DNA of 64,000 nt from Candidatus Eiseniibacteriota bacterium (GTDB lineage: Bacteria > Eisenbacteria > RBG-16-71-46 > CAZAMP01), in assembly GCA_965224245.1 (NCBI GenBank), contig OZ245046.1, positions 1,920,001-1,984,000 of the forward strand. Direction: 5' to 3'. The notes beneath the pieces were generated by a model, which was not told the DNA's origin, ran no database searches, and was given only the letters and a program-made list of their open reading frames with translations. The translations under genes were made by a program, and so were the position numbers. This document shows positions 38,801-48,258 of the stretch, one piece after another. Positions within the stretch are counted from its first letter, which is position 1; each line of letters begins with the position of its first letter.

Positions 38801-41085
38801 TGCTCGCCGGTCGCCGCGACGACCTGCGAGGCGAGCTGCGCGGGCAGGAACCCGTTCTTGGTCGCTGAGACGGTGAATTCACCCAGCGAGGACGGCGCGA
38901 AGTCGAACGTGACGTTACCCAGGGCATCGGTGACGCCGGTCAGGAACGCCTCGCCGTCCTTGTAGAGCGTCACGTCGACGTCGGGCTCGCCGGTGAACGT
39001 ACCCTGCTTGAAGATCCGCGGGGTGTAGGTGTCGCCGTCGAGCGGGAACGTCGTCGACGCGCTGACCACGAGCCCGGCGGGGACCGCCGGCCACAGCCGG
39101 AGCGTCGGATCGCCTAGCAGGATCAGGCTGTACAGCGTCCAGCGCTCGGTCCGGTCGCCGCCCGCGGCCACGGCGGCGAACTCCTCGCGCAGGCACTCCA
39201 GATGGGCGTCGCCCAGCGGCAGGTCCTGGATCAGCGCCTTGTCGAAGAAGCACTCCACGTGGGCGCGGGAGACGCGCGGGTAGTCGAGCTCGGTGGCCGC
39301 GATGCAGGCGAAGGCGCCGCCGGACCCGTTGACCCGGTTGTTCGACAGGAAGTGCTCGATGATGCAGTCGAAGTCGATGGCCCCCGAGTCACAGTTGATC
39401 GCGTAGATGAACGACGTGCGATCTCCGTTCTCGGCCGCGTCCGCATCCCCGGCGAGAAGCTTCTCGCCGGGGGCGCCGACCGCCATGTTGTCGCGAGAGC
39501 CGTGGCCGATGTGGACGACGATGTGCCGTCCCGTATCGAAGTCGTCGCGCGCGATCTGGGCACTCAGCGGCGCCGGAGTGTAGTCCGCGTCGGGCCAGCA
39601 CGTGTAGGCCTCGTAGAGCATGTTGGCGCCCGCGCGGAACCCGTCGGGCAGGCAGCACTGGTAAATCGGGTCGGCCAGGAGCGCGCCGTCGCCGATCGAG
39701 GACGTGAACTCCTCGCAGTCTCCGGACCACTCCTGCGGGAACAGCGCCTCGGCCCACATCGAGACGGTCTCGATGTAGCTGGCGTCGAAGCGAGACGGGT
39801 TGGCGCCGGAGTAGTTGAGCGTCTTCAGGACCATCGCCGTGGCTTCTTCGGCGTTCCCGGCGGGCAGGCGGCCCACGTAGATGTCCGGCTCGAGATCCGC
39901 TTCGTCGCCGGGATCACCGGCGATCGAGGGTCCCTCGCCGATGATGTGGTCGCCGTCGGCGTTCCAGTTTCCGTCGAGGCAGGCGAAGTAGTAGTCCGTC
40001 GCGAGATCCTGGCCCCGCGAGCGGGCGAAGCGGGTCGGCACGAAGCCCGTGTCCCCGCCGAGAAGGGCGTACGTCGTCCCCCAGTGGACGTAGGCGTCGC
40101 GCAGGAAGACGCGGATGCGCGCGGCCATGTCCTCGGCCTCGTAGTGCTCGGTGACCCAGTCGGTCGTCCGCACCAGCGTTCGCGTGCCCGTCTCGGTCCG
40201 GAAGTCGGCCAGATCCTGGAAGATGGACTCCCACTCGGCCGTGGTGATGATCACGAAGTCGACCGGGCTGCCGTCGAGCGACGGCGTCTCGCTGGGCCGA
40301 AACACGCCGTCGTCGCCGCGCGAGACGGACACGCCGCCCGCCGGCGGCGCCGAGCCGAGGAGCCAGTCCACGCGCGCCGCCACCTCGTCGCGCTCCTTCG
40401 CGTCCTCGTCGGCCGCGCGGCGGCGCCGCGTGGCGAGCTCCGGAGTGACCGGCACGGGCGCCGTCCGGATGCGGAGCGTGAACGTCTCGATCCACTCCAC
40501 CGTTCCGGTGGAGGGCTCGTAGCGTACGGGCTGGGTCTCGATCGCGACGATGCGATGACCACGGAAGTAGCCCACGGTCGCGCTCGACGGCGCGTGATCG
40601 GGCAGCCAGCCGTCGGCCGCGTAGTCGGCGGCGTCGGGCGGCACGACGTCGGGGAGATCGGGATCCGGCGTCGGGGCCACGCGCAGGCCGCTCCCGATCG
40701 ATCGGCTCGAGCCCGGGACGAGGTCGACCGACACGACCGTCTCGTTTGCGGGCAGCCCTACCCGGAAGACCACCGTGGGCAATGCCGGGGATCCGACCGG
40801 CTCCACCACCGACGCACCGGCGAGATCGATCTCCCAGCCGTTCGGGGTCTCGACCATGCCGAACGGGCGGTCCCGCAGGTCGACGACGCGCTCGTACTCC
40901 GCCGCGGATCCGGTCGAAGCCACCGCCGCGCCGAGCGTCGCGGCCAGAGCCAGGATCGAGCCGAGCGTCGCGTGCCGGCCGGGCGAGCGCCGGGTGCCGA
41001 GGCCCAGACGCGATGGAAGTGGGGAACGCAGATCACCGATGCGCACGGAGTCCTCCAGTCCGAGTCCGTGGGTTGGGGATGCCAC
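35866..41085 (-). CDS. Peptidase C25 (gingipain-like) with FG-GAP/VCBS repeats and FlgD-Ig domain
   Basis: Propeptide-like region, LLGGD, D.Y.ACLDG.W, VGRLP, HIGHG, INCDSG, LLGDP; GD.DGDG repeats; QNAPNPF...WDGRD..G; start uncertain. Confidence 0.88.
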   Translation of the reverse strand: MASPTHGLGLEDSVRIGDLRSPLPSRLGLGTRRSPGRHATLGSILALAATLGAAVASTGSAAEYERVVDLRDRPFGMVETPNGWEIDLAGASVVEPVGSPALPTVVFRVGLPANETVVSVDLVPGSSRSIGSGLRVAPTPDPDLPDVVPPDAADYAADGWLPDHAPSSATVGYFRGHRIVAIETQPVRYEPSTGTVEWIETFTLRIRTAPVPVTPELATRRRRAADEDAKERDEVAARVDWLLGSAPPAGGVSVSRGDDGVFRPSETPSLDGSPVDFVIITTAEWESIFQDLADFRTETGTRTLVRTTDWVTEHYEAEDMAARIRVFLRDAYVHWGTTYALLGGDTGFVPTRFARSRGQDLATDYYFACLDGNWNADGDHIIGEGPSIAGDPGDEADLEPDIYVGRLPAGNAEEATAMVLKTLNYSGANPSRFDASYIETVSMWAEALFPQEWSGDCEEFTSSIGDGALLADPIYQCCLPDGFRAGANMLYEAYTCWPDADYTPAPLSAQIARDDFDTGRHIVVHIGHGSRDNMAVGAPGEKLLAGDADAAENGDRTSFIYAINCDSGAIDFDCIIEHFLSNNRVNGSGGAFACIAATELDYPRVSRAHVECFFDKALIQDLPLGDAHLECLREEFAAVAAGGDRTERWTLYSLILLGDPTLRLWPAVPAGLVVSASTTFPLDGDTYTPRIFKQGTFTGEPDVDVTLYKDGEAFLTGVTDALGNVTFDFAPSSLGEFTVSATKNGFLPAQLASQVVAATGEHLVVAGLEVDDAAGNGSGAADRGESFGLAFRIRNEGAVAASSLTITASTSSPYATVTSPSATAGAVGVGAEVVSTAVSVDVTSDLPAESSYVTVPMSVSITSGAGTVTREVTLIVGNPRIEHVALNPAVPAGGDVAFTVSAYNRGNGTPLTGEVEIVAVDPGVVSIVDGIGAIDLSPGAVATSEPLVYQVIGPGEPLVDLTYRDALGSLRTQRIDFVPPAPPDSVWAQPAPSFIRVVWTPSEAEDLLGYNVYREDAGTLTRVNETPVIGAFHAALGLAPLTEFSFTVTAVDSSGNESAFADTVVASTSPPSTVGFPVDISGSDNRGSVTFANLDEGVDATKELIFGARYPYVLRGNGTDFVDGDGRPATLGIFAEETGADGPGAVAPWWWAKAAVANMDLDPAGQLEIVMLHADKGTVWCWHADGTLAWGGGDWQIGSSSQLLWSSPVIGNIDEDPELEVVFWAGGPGDAYRGTMIAFNHDGTEVIDGDADPITNGVLWKSPAGGSRYNYGTVSLVDFDGDGRDEIIAGERAGNAGFVRALSLDGGVVSEAPGWPYTPSFSGFLAFTSSPAVGDVDGDGEYETFIVNGNALHGIDENGDALPGYPPQQYGFLDSGPFKDFLPSPVLGDFDGDGEVDVVHGWHTGLLYAYTAATGEPLAGWNPLSLGIEGDDVSQILFNGSMANIDMDPEPEFVIGTGGGDIYALNADGSVVGGFPYNVGGIVYGAPAIWDMDRNGKMDIVVIGTFDRVVSLQTDSGPFVFDENPWPQFRHNPRNTGVYGSGHGVVPIDLGSVTLASTTPGQVSIRWNAEGGYSHFGIERASATSPRSLIGEIGGSSPDGTYRFTDTQAPAGLSASYWIIGYRTGVAPEVSGPHVVRVKSVPLVTTLMQNAPNPFSPLTTIQYTVGDGSDAGGRPVSLEIFDVAGRRVAALVNEVQVPGTYGVSWDGRDAAGRRLSPGIYVYRLSVGDDVRSKKLVLSR

Positions 41086-41473
41086 GACTCAGGTGCTTCA
41101 CCAGGGGATGCCGCCATGGGCGGCGTCCCCGTCATTCGACTGATTTCGAAGAGCCGCACCCGCGGACGTCGCGGCACACCGAGTGCGGCCCGGGGCCGCT
41201 CGATCGTCGTTCGGTGTGAGGCCGCTCACCGGCGGGTGCCGATGGGTCGAATCGTGAACCAGGAGTGTATAGGCGGCTCCGGCGCAAAAGCAACGCGCGC
41301 TCGGGGACGGGTCTGGAACCCCGGCGCGCGCCGGAAGTTCCAGCGAACTTATTCCATGGCAGCGGGTTCGTTCGTTTGACCCGGAAAAAGCGGGGTTGCT
41401 ACACTCACCGGACTTTGTTTCGGCTCGCGTGTGCCGACACGCCGTGACACCTCGGGAAGAAGGACCGGTCTCC

Positions 41474-42298
41474 ATGCGCTGGACGTGTCTCGTGCTGGCA
41501 TTGGCCCTGGTGGGCAATGCTCGAGCGTTCAACTTCGAGGGGCTCTCCGACGCGGAGATCCGGCGTCAGGCCGGAGAGGCCTTCCGGGCCGACGCCGCCG
41601 CGTTCGACACGCCCGACGACCGCGCGGCAACGCTCGACGCCGTCCTCCAGATGCTGGAGACGCGGGCGGAGATCTTCGAGGCGCTCGGCGCCGCGCGCAG
41701 CCTCGACGAGATGGGCGACATCTGGTTCGCGGACAGCCTCGACGACTCGCTCACCTACCACCTGGGCGAGATCCTGATCCCGTACGAGGACGCCAACCCG
41801 AAGCCGATCCTGAACCCCGGCACCGAGCGCTTTCGCGAGACCCTGTCCACCGTCGGCTTCGTGCGCGAGTTCGCCACCGGCTTCCTGGTCAACCTCGAGC
41901 TGACGCAGTCGCTGTACATCCTCGCCGACTTTCGCGCGAACCGCAGCGCCGCCGAGATCGAGGCCGCCGAGGACGCCTTCCTGCGCCACTTCGCCCTCTA
42001 CGCCCGGCTCTACCGGGCCCAGCACACCGAGCTGATGGACCTGCACCAGTGCAACATCACGAACCTCGAGTGGGTCGTGGGGCGCGTCCGAAGCGAGACC
42101 GGCACCGACGACTTCGTCGTCACGAACCAGCTGTTCGCTTTCCGGGACACCGGGTTCTCGTACCTCCTGACGCTGACGTCCCCCACCACCGGGGAGTCGA
42201 TCCAGGCACACTACCCGCTGCCGTGGCTCACCGAGATGGACGAGGGATGGCAGAAGATGAAGGCGGCCGAGCGCGAGAAGGCCGGCGCCGGCGGCTAG
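41474..42298 (+). CDS. Secreted hypothetical protein
   Basis: Signal peptide MRWTCLVLALALVGNARA; GC-typical codon usage. Confidence 0.7.
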   Translation: MRWTCLVLALALVGNARAFNFEGLSDAEIRRQAGEAFRADAAAFDTPDDRAATLDAVLQMLETRAEIFEALGAARSLDEMGDIWFADSLDDSLTYHLGEILIPYEDANPKPILNPGTERFRETLSTVGFVREFATGFLVNLELTQSLYILADFRANRSAAEIEAAEDAFLRHFALYARLYRAQHTELMDLHQCNITNLEWVVGRVRSETGTDDFVVTNQLFAFRDTGFSYLLTLTSPTTGESIQAHYPLPWLTEMDEGWQKMKAAEREKAGAGG

Positions 42299-42328
42299 CT
42301 CGGCGCGCACCCGGGTCGCCGTCGCGCC

Positions 42329-42742
42329 TCAACGCTCCAGGACGACCACCGCCGCCGCATGATCGCGTCCGTGCGTGAGCGACACGTGGACCGCGCGGAC
42401 CCCGCGACGCGCGGCCAGCTCCCCTGCACGACCGGACAGATCGAGAGTGGGCGCGCCGCCCTCACCTCGCCGCACGCTGAGGTCGCGCCAGAGGACCCCC
42501 GACGCGAGTCCGGTGCCCAGCGCCTTCAGGCATGCCTCCTTGGCCGCGAAGCGCGCCGCGTAGTGCGCGGGCGCGTGGACGTCGTCGGCCGCGCAGCGCT
42601 CGTCGTCGTTGAACACTCGCGACACGAAGGCCGGCCCCCGGCGCGCGAGTATGCCGCGCATGCGGTCGAGCTCGACCAGGTCGATCCCGATGCCCACGAT
42701 CCCGGCGCTCGTTTGACCCTCTCCCGAACGCCGTGCTAGCAT
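42329..42742 (-). CDS. acpS: Holo-ACP synthase
   Basis: GIGIDLV, ARFAAKEA..KALGTG, HVSLTH. Confidence 0.93.
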   Translation of the reverse strand: MLARRSGEGQTSAGIVGIGIDLVELDRMRGILARRGPAFVSRVFNDDERCAADDVHAPAHYAARFAAKEACLKALGTGLASGVLWRDLSVRRGEGGAPTLDLSGRAGELAARRGVRAVHVSLTHGRDHAAAVVVLER

Positions 42743-42797
42743 CGTTCGCACCTTTTCTCCACTGGAGATCTCCACCTTTTGACCCGGGGCTGCGCTC

Positions 42798-43994
42798 GTG
42801 GCACTGATCGAGAAGCTCGGCGCGTCGACGAAGTCGTCCCGCCTGTTGAGTCAGATTCTCGACGAGCGGTTCGTGCGCGACACCGCGCAACAGTACCACA
42901 TCGCCGTTCCGGGCTTCCGGGCGGGTCAGGCCCCGAGCGGGCTCACGGTACGCGCGATCCTCCGCGCGGCGACGCGGACGCGCAAGCTGCGCGCGCACCT
43001 CGAGGCCGAGCTGGCACGGCTGGCCGAGCGCGAACGCGGCCGGGTCGGCGAGACCGACGACGACGACGTGATCGAGACCCTCGACGCGCTGTCCGAGCTG
43101 CCGCGGGCGCGCGCCGTCGCCACCCTGCTGGCCGCACTCGACGACGTCCGCGATCCGGTGCGGAGCGCCGCGGAGGCGGTACGCGACGCCATCGAGTCCG
43201 GCGAGGTGACGCTGGCCCCTCCCCGACCTCAGCCTCGCGGGGACGCGCGTCCACGGACGCCGAGCGCCTCACAGACGCCCCCCACGACCGACGTGCGTCA
43301 GCTTCAGTCGCTCGTGGCCGATCGCGATCGACAGCTGCGCGTGCTCCGATCGGAATCGGCCAAGCTGGAGCAACGCGTGTCGCGCCTGCGCACACAGCTC
43401 GAGTCCGAGCGAGAGGCCCATCGACGCACGCGGACCGGTCGGCCGGCGGCCACGTCCGACCCGGCCGACCGCGACGACGAGCGGGTCGACGCGCGAGTCC
43501 TGCGCCGGACCCAGAAGGAGCTGCATCAGCTTCGCGGCGAGCACGTCAAGACCAAGCTCGCGCTCGACGCCGCGCTCCGCGACTACAGCCTCCTCGCATC
43601 CGGCATCCACGAGCTTCAGGATCTCGTCACGCACTTCGTGAACGGTCCCCGGCCCGAGGGCCCGGTGACACCGACCCGGCCGGCGCGGACGTCCACGCTT
43701 CCGGTCGAGAGCAAGCTGAAGCTGCCCTCCTCGGAGCACCACTGGCCGAAGGGGTTCCGCGGCTTTCTCCGGCGCCTGGCTGAGAATCCCCACGTGGAGC
43801 GGCTCCAGCCGCTGGACTTCTCGCGTGCGACCCAGACGCGCATCACGCTCGAGGTGCCGGACACCGCGCTGGTCGCGCAGTTCTCCGACGGGGATCTCGC
43901 CGCCCGCTTCCTGATCGCGACCACCGCGACCTCTCCCGCGACCCTCGCGTGGGTCCGTCGCGAGCTGGAGCACGCGGTGTTCGCGCCCGTCTGA
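42798..43994 (+). CDS. Hypothetical coiled-coil protein
   Basis: Long ORF with central heptad repeats; no family recognised. Confidence 0.65.
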   Translation: MALIEKLGASTKSSRLLSQILDERFVRDTAQQYHIAVPGFRAGQAPSGLTVRAILRAATRTRKLRAHLEAELARLAERERGRVGETDDDDVIETLDALSELPRARAVATLLAALDDVRDPVRSAAEAVRDAIESGEVTLAPPRPQPRGDARPRTPSASQTPPTTDVRQLQSLVADRDRQLRVLRSESAKLEQRVSRLRTQLESEREAHRRTRTGRPAATSDPADRDDERVDARVLRRTQKELHQLRGEHVKTKLALDAALRDYSLLASGIHELQDLVTHFVNGPRPEGPVTPTRPARTSTLPVESKLKLPSSEHHWPKGFRGFLRRLAENPHVERLQPLDFSRATQTRITLEVPDTALVAQFSDGDLAARFLIATTATSPATLAWVRRELEHAVFAPV

Positions 43995-44001
43995 GCGCGC
44001 C

Positions 44002-44997
44002 ATGGCTTCCCCGGCGGCTTCGGGCGCGCTCCCCGAGATCCGGATCGTGGACGCGCCCGATCCCGCCGAGTGGCGGTGCCTGGTCGACACCTGTCCGGAC
44101 GCCACGTTCTTTCACGACCGGGCGTGGGTGGAGCTGTACGTCCGCCATCACGGGGGGCGGATCCTCCACCTCGTCGCCCACGCCGACGGACGCCTCGTCG
44201 GCGGCATGATCGCCGTCCGGGTCAAGCGCGGCGTGTTCCACGCGATCGAGTCGCTACCGCTGGGGACCTACGGTGGACCGCTCGTCTCCCCCGACTTCCG
44301 CGACGCCGACACCCTGCGCGCCGCGCTGGTCGAGCGCTTCCTCCAGCTGGGCCGGCGCGGGACCTGCGTTCGCGTCCAGTGCGTGCTGCGCCGGGGCCCC
44401 GAGCTCCCCGGCTTCACGACCGCCCCGATCCACGTCATCCCGGTGGACCTCGGGTTCGAGCACTTCTGGCTGAAGGTCTTCCCCCGGAACCGGCGCAACG
44501 AGTGCAACCGCGCCGAGAAGCGCAACGTGGAGGTCCGGATCGGCATGTCGGACGCCGAGCTCGACGCCTTCTATCCCCTCCATCTCGACGCCCACGCGCG
44601 CTGGGCCATGCGCCCGCATCCGATCGGCTTCTTCGCCGAGCTCCGAGGGATCCCCGACGTCCGCGTGTTCACGGTGCTGCACGAGGACACCGTGCTCGGC
44701 GCGCACTTCTCGCTCCTGTCGCAGGACGAGCTCCTGATGTGGCATGGCGTGACGCGGCGAGAGGGATCCAAGACGTACTTTCCGAGCTCGATGCTGGTCA
44801 AACGCCAGGCCGAGGAGGCGGTACGTCTCGGGCTGGCTCGTCTGAATCTCGGCGGATCGGGTGGGCTCGCCGGCATCGAGAACTTCAAGAAGCTCGTGGG
44901 CGGCGAGAGCGCCGACACCTGCGTGCTCGAGCACAACGCCTGGCCGGCTCGCGTCTGGCACCGGGTCCGTCACCGGGGTATGTCGCGCGGGCTCTGA
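44002..44997 (+). CDS. GNAT family (FemAB-like) acyltransferase
   Basis: ATFFH..W, SLP..TYGG, RRN..RA.K, NLGGS.G..GI..FK. Confidence 0.8.
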   Translation: MASPAASGALPEIRIVDAPDPAEWRCLVDTCPDATFFHDRAWVELYVRHHGGRILHLVAHADGRLVGGMIAVRVKRGVFHAIESLPLGTYGGPLVSPDFRDADTLRAALVERFLQLGRRGTCVRVQCVLRRGPELPGFTTAPIHVIPVDLGFEHFWLKVFPRNRRNECNRAEKRNVEVRIGMSDAELDAFYPLHLDAHARWAMRPHPIGFFAELRGIPDVRVFTVLHEDTVLGAHFSLLSQDELLMWHGVTRREGSKTYFPSSMLVKRQAEEAVRLGLARLNLGGSGGLAGIENFKKLVGGESADTCVLEHNAWPARVWHRVRHRGMSRGL

Positions 44998-46697
44998 TCG
45001 GTGTCCGCTTCGCTGACGACCGCCGACCACGTCTCGGCCGACACCTGCTCGTAGAGATCCACCGGAAGCTCGGGGAACACCCAGCTTCCGAGGCGTGGCA
45101 GACGCCGGTCGAGCGTGCGCTTGTAGAGCTCCGGCCCGTCGATGTACCAGCTTCGGTATCGAACCACCCAGAGCCGGCCGTCGCCCACGCCGTGCGCGCG
45201 AAGGCTCTTCTCGAGCCGGTCGGGTGCTTCGAAATGCCACCGGTAGATCGTCTCGACCGGAATCGCTCCGCCGCCCACCCAGCTGTAGTAGTGCACGAAC
45301 GGCTCGATGATCGTGTACACGAGAATGTGATCGTTCGGGCGCGCCTCGCGTTCGATCAGCTCGGCCGCCGCGCGCGCGTCCGGCCGCCAGAACCGGGTCT
45401 GCGTGGCCTGGTTGACCCGCGCGAGCCCCCCCAGCCCCAGCGCGGCCACGCCCAGCGCCAGCGCGAGCCCGCGCCGCCGGAGGCCCGCGAGCCCCGCCCC
45501 GAGGATCAGCATCCAGGCCATGAACCCCACCGAGGGATAGCGCACGTTGTAGACCTTGACGTTCAGGATGGCCAAGAGCGATGCACACACGATGGGCATC
45601 GCGAGCCACGAGACGAGCAACACCGCGAGATCCCGCCGGCGAGCGATCATCCGGAGGCCGATGAGCCCGAGCGCGCCGAACACGATCCCCACCACCGCCA
45701 TCACCGGGATGTGCGGCCGGAACGTCTCGAGCGTCAGCGAGCGATGCATCTCGTTCACCGACGGTCCGATCGTCAGTCCGGCCGAGTAGGCGTAGATCGA
45801 GTGCGCCGGCGCCAGCGGGGAGAACGTGTGATCGCCCCGGAGCCGCTCGGCGTCGGTGACCTCGCCGATGCCGACGATCGTGGACGGATCCACCGTGGTT
45901 CCGAACTCCAAGAAGTAGTTCGAGAGAGCGGCGAGCACCAGGAGCTGGGCGAGGACGAACCGCCGCAGCGGATAGCGGGCCCGCCGGAACACGCCGAGCG
46001 CGAGAAGCCCCTGCGTCGGGATCAGGAAGAGCCCGCCGAAGCTGGAGAGCCCGGCGCCGAGGTTGGCCAGCACCAGCAGGAGCCAGCTCCGGCGCGACCG
46101 CGTCTCCAGCTCGTGCGAGAACGCCCACATGCCCAGGATCCCCATCGCCATCAGCAGGATGTAGCCTCGCACCTCCATCGAGTACCACACGTGAAACGGG
46201 TTCACGGCGCACAGAAACGCCGCGGCACGGGCTCCGTTCTCGCCCACCCAGCGTCGCCCCGCGGCGTAGAGGATCGGGATCGATGCCGTCCCGATCGCCG
46301 CCGACAAGAGGCGCGCCGCCGCGTCCGAGACGCCGAACACCGCGCACCAGGCCACCAGCAGCGCCTTGTGCAACGGGCCGTGGAAGTTGTGCGAGAGGAC
46401 GTACCAGACGTCGGCACCGGGCTGACAGAGGAGCTTCATGGACTCGACCTCGTCCGCCCAGAAGCTCTGCTGTGCGTGCCCGATCACGCGAAACGCGGCC
46501 GCGACGAGCGTGGCGGCCAGGATCCACCGCCATCCCCCCAGAGCGGCCGGCCCGGGGTCGAAGACGAGGCCCTGGGAGCGTGGCGCGCCGGTCTCGCCCG
46601 TCGTGTCGGCTCCGGATGCGTGAGTCACGACCGATCTCCTGGTCCGTCCCTCTTGCGCCCGCCGACGCGGGCCTCCGCGCCGGCGGTCGCGGCGCAC
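44970..46697 (-). CDS. GT-C/PMT-like (GT39/83) membrane glycosyltransferase
   Basis: SFWADE, GPLH, ARLLSA..G, NPFHVWYS.EVR.Y; many TMs; start probably ~46628. Confidence 0.82.
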   Translation of the reverse strand: MRRDRRRGGPRRRAQEGRTRRSVVTHASGADTTGETGAPRSQGLVFDPGPAALGGWRWILAATLVAAAFRVIGHAQQSFWADEVESMKLLCQPGADVWYVLSHNFHGPLHKALLVAWCAVFGVSDAAARLLSAAIGTASIPILYAAGRRWVGENGARAAAFLCAVNPFHVWYSMEVRGYILLMAMGILGMWAFSHELETRSRRSWLLLVLANLGAGLSSFGGLFLIPTQGLLALGVFRRARYPLRRFVLAQLLVLAALSNYFLEFGTTVDPSTIVGIGEVTDAERLRGDHTFSPLAPAHSIYAYSAGLTIGPSVNEMHRSLTLETFRPHIPVMAVVGIVFGALGLIGLRMIARRRDLAVLLVSWLAMPIVCASLLAILNVKVYNVRYPSVGFMAWMLILGAGLAGLRRRGLALALGVAALGLGGLARVNQATQTRFWRPDARAAAELIEREARPNDHILVYTIIEPFVHYYSWVGGGAIPVETIYRWHFEAPDRLEKSLRAHGVGDGRLWVVRYRSWYIDGPELYKRTLDRRLPRLGSWVFPELPVDLYEQVSAETWSAVVSEADTDQSPRDIPR

Positions 46698-46740
46698 AGC
46701 GTACCGCCCTCACCCGCCCCGTGTAACCGATCACCTGAAA

Positions 46741-48258
46741 TCACGATCCGGTGATCCGCCTCACGAGCCGCGCCATCGCGCGCGCCGTCGCGCGCGAAAT
46801 CGCGGCCCGCTCGTCGCGTCGAAGGAATCGCGGATTGGCGCCGACGAGCACGGCCCCGTGCAACGCGACCACGCCGAGGCGCGCCCAGAGCGGCGGCCCC
46901 GACGCGACCCAGCCGCTGCCGTGCGCGATCGACGCGATCACCGCCGTCACCGTACCGATCCACGCCACGCGTCCCCACTCGTACGGGATGGGTCGAATCC
47001 GCTGGCTGAACGCGGCCATCGTCACCGCCATGACGCCGTACGCGACGAACGTCGCGATCGCCGCCCCCTGGATTCCGATCCGGGGCACGGCGGTCAGGTT
47101 GATCCCGACGTTGACGGCCAGCGCGATGCCCAGCGTCACCGCCATGTACTCGGTCCGATCGGCCATCGAGACGCCGCTGTTCAGGACGAAGTACGCCATC
47201 GTGAAGACGTAGCCGAAGGCCACCCACGGAAGCACCGCGAGCCCGCCCTCGAAGCCCACCGGCGCGAACACCGAGAACAGCTCGTGGGCCAGCATCGACG
47301 CGGCGAGCGCGATGACCGCGGTACCGGCCACCACGTAGGTCAGGACCCGCGCGATCACCGACTCCCCCTCGGGACGCTTCACCACCGACCACATCAGCGC
47401 CGGCCACGCGAGCGTGAACGGCTGCACGACAAAGACGTGAATGAACTTCGCCAGCCGGTAGCTGACGTCGTAGACGCCCACGTCGGTCATCGAGACCAGA
47501 CGGGGCAGGATCCACCGGTCACCGGCCTCCAGGAGGAACGACCCGCACGACGCCAGCATGATCGGAAGCCCGAAGCGCACGAGGGCGCGCACGCGCTCCC
47601 GGCTCGCCATCCGTACGTGCCGCGCGATCGGAGCGGCCAGGACCGCGTAGATCGAGAGGGTCGCCACCGCGTTGCCCACGAGCACGCCCTTGACGCCCCA
47701 TCCGAGGCGAACGACCAGAAAGACGTTCAGCGCGAGGTTGATCGCGAACCTGAGAAGGCCCACGAGCACGAACACGCCCGAGCGCTCGTGAACCCGCAAG
47801 CGGGCGAGCGGAACGATGACGCCCACCTCGCCGAACACCGCCACCAGCGCCAGCAGAACGAGCGGGCCCGTGTCCGGCATGCGCGTGATCGCCTCACCCA
47901 GCGGATCGCGGAGCGCCGCCAGCGTGGCCAGCACGCCGAGCGTCACCAGCGTCAGGTAGGCGAACGCGCTCCCCAGGATGCGCCGCCTCTCCGCCTCGTC
48001 CTCGGCCGCGAAGGTGAACCGGAAGACGCCGCTGGCGATGCCCGTGTTCAGGACCGTCACCAGGAATCCCGCCGTGGTCGCGAGGACGCCGATCACCCCC
48101 AGCTCGGACTTGGTCAACAGGCGCGTGTAGACCGGAAGGAGCACGATCTGGACGAGTCGGTTGGCGAGGTTGCCCATGCCGTACGTGAACGCGTGGCGAA
48201 ACACGCGACGGAAGTGGTGGAATCCGACCTCGGTGGCGTCCGTCTCCGGCGTCGTCAC
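46741..48258 (-). CDS. Polysaccharide flippase (Wzx-like)
   Basis: LLPVYTRLL...GV, FGLP, DRW, VGVY; multi-TM protein. Confidence 0.85.
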   Translation of the reverse strand: MTTPETDATEVGFHHFRRVFRHAFTYGMGNLANRLVQIVLLPVYTRLLTKSELGVIGVLATTAGFLVTVLNTGIASGVFRFTFAAEDEAERRRILGSAFAYLTLVTLGVLATLAALRDPLGEAITRMPDTGPLVLLALVAVFGEVGVIVPLARLRVHERSGVFVLVGLLRFAINLALNVFLVVRLGWGVKGVLVGNAVATLSIYAVLAAPIARHVRMASRERVRALVRFGLPIMLASCGSFLLEAGDRWILPRLVSMTDVGVYDVSYRLAKFIHVFVVQPFTLAWPALMWSVVKRPEGESVIARVLTYVVAGTAVIALAASMLAHELFSVFAPVGFEGGLAVLPWVAFGYVFTMAYFVLNSGVSMADRTEYMAVTLGIALAVNVGINLTAVPRIGIQGAAIATFVAYGVMAVTMAAFSQRIRPIPYEWGRVAWIGTVTAVIASIAHGSGWVASGPPLWARLGVVALHGAVLVGANPRFLRRDERAAISRATARAMARLVRRITGS

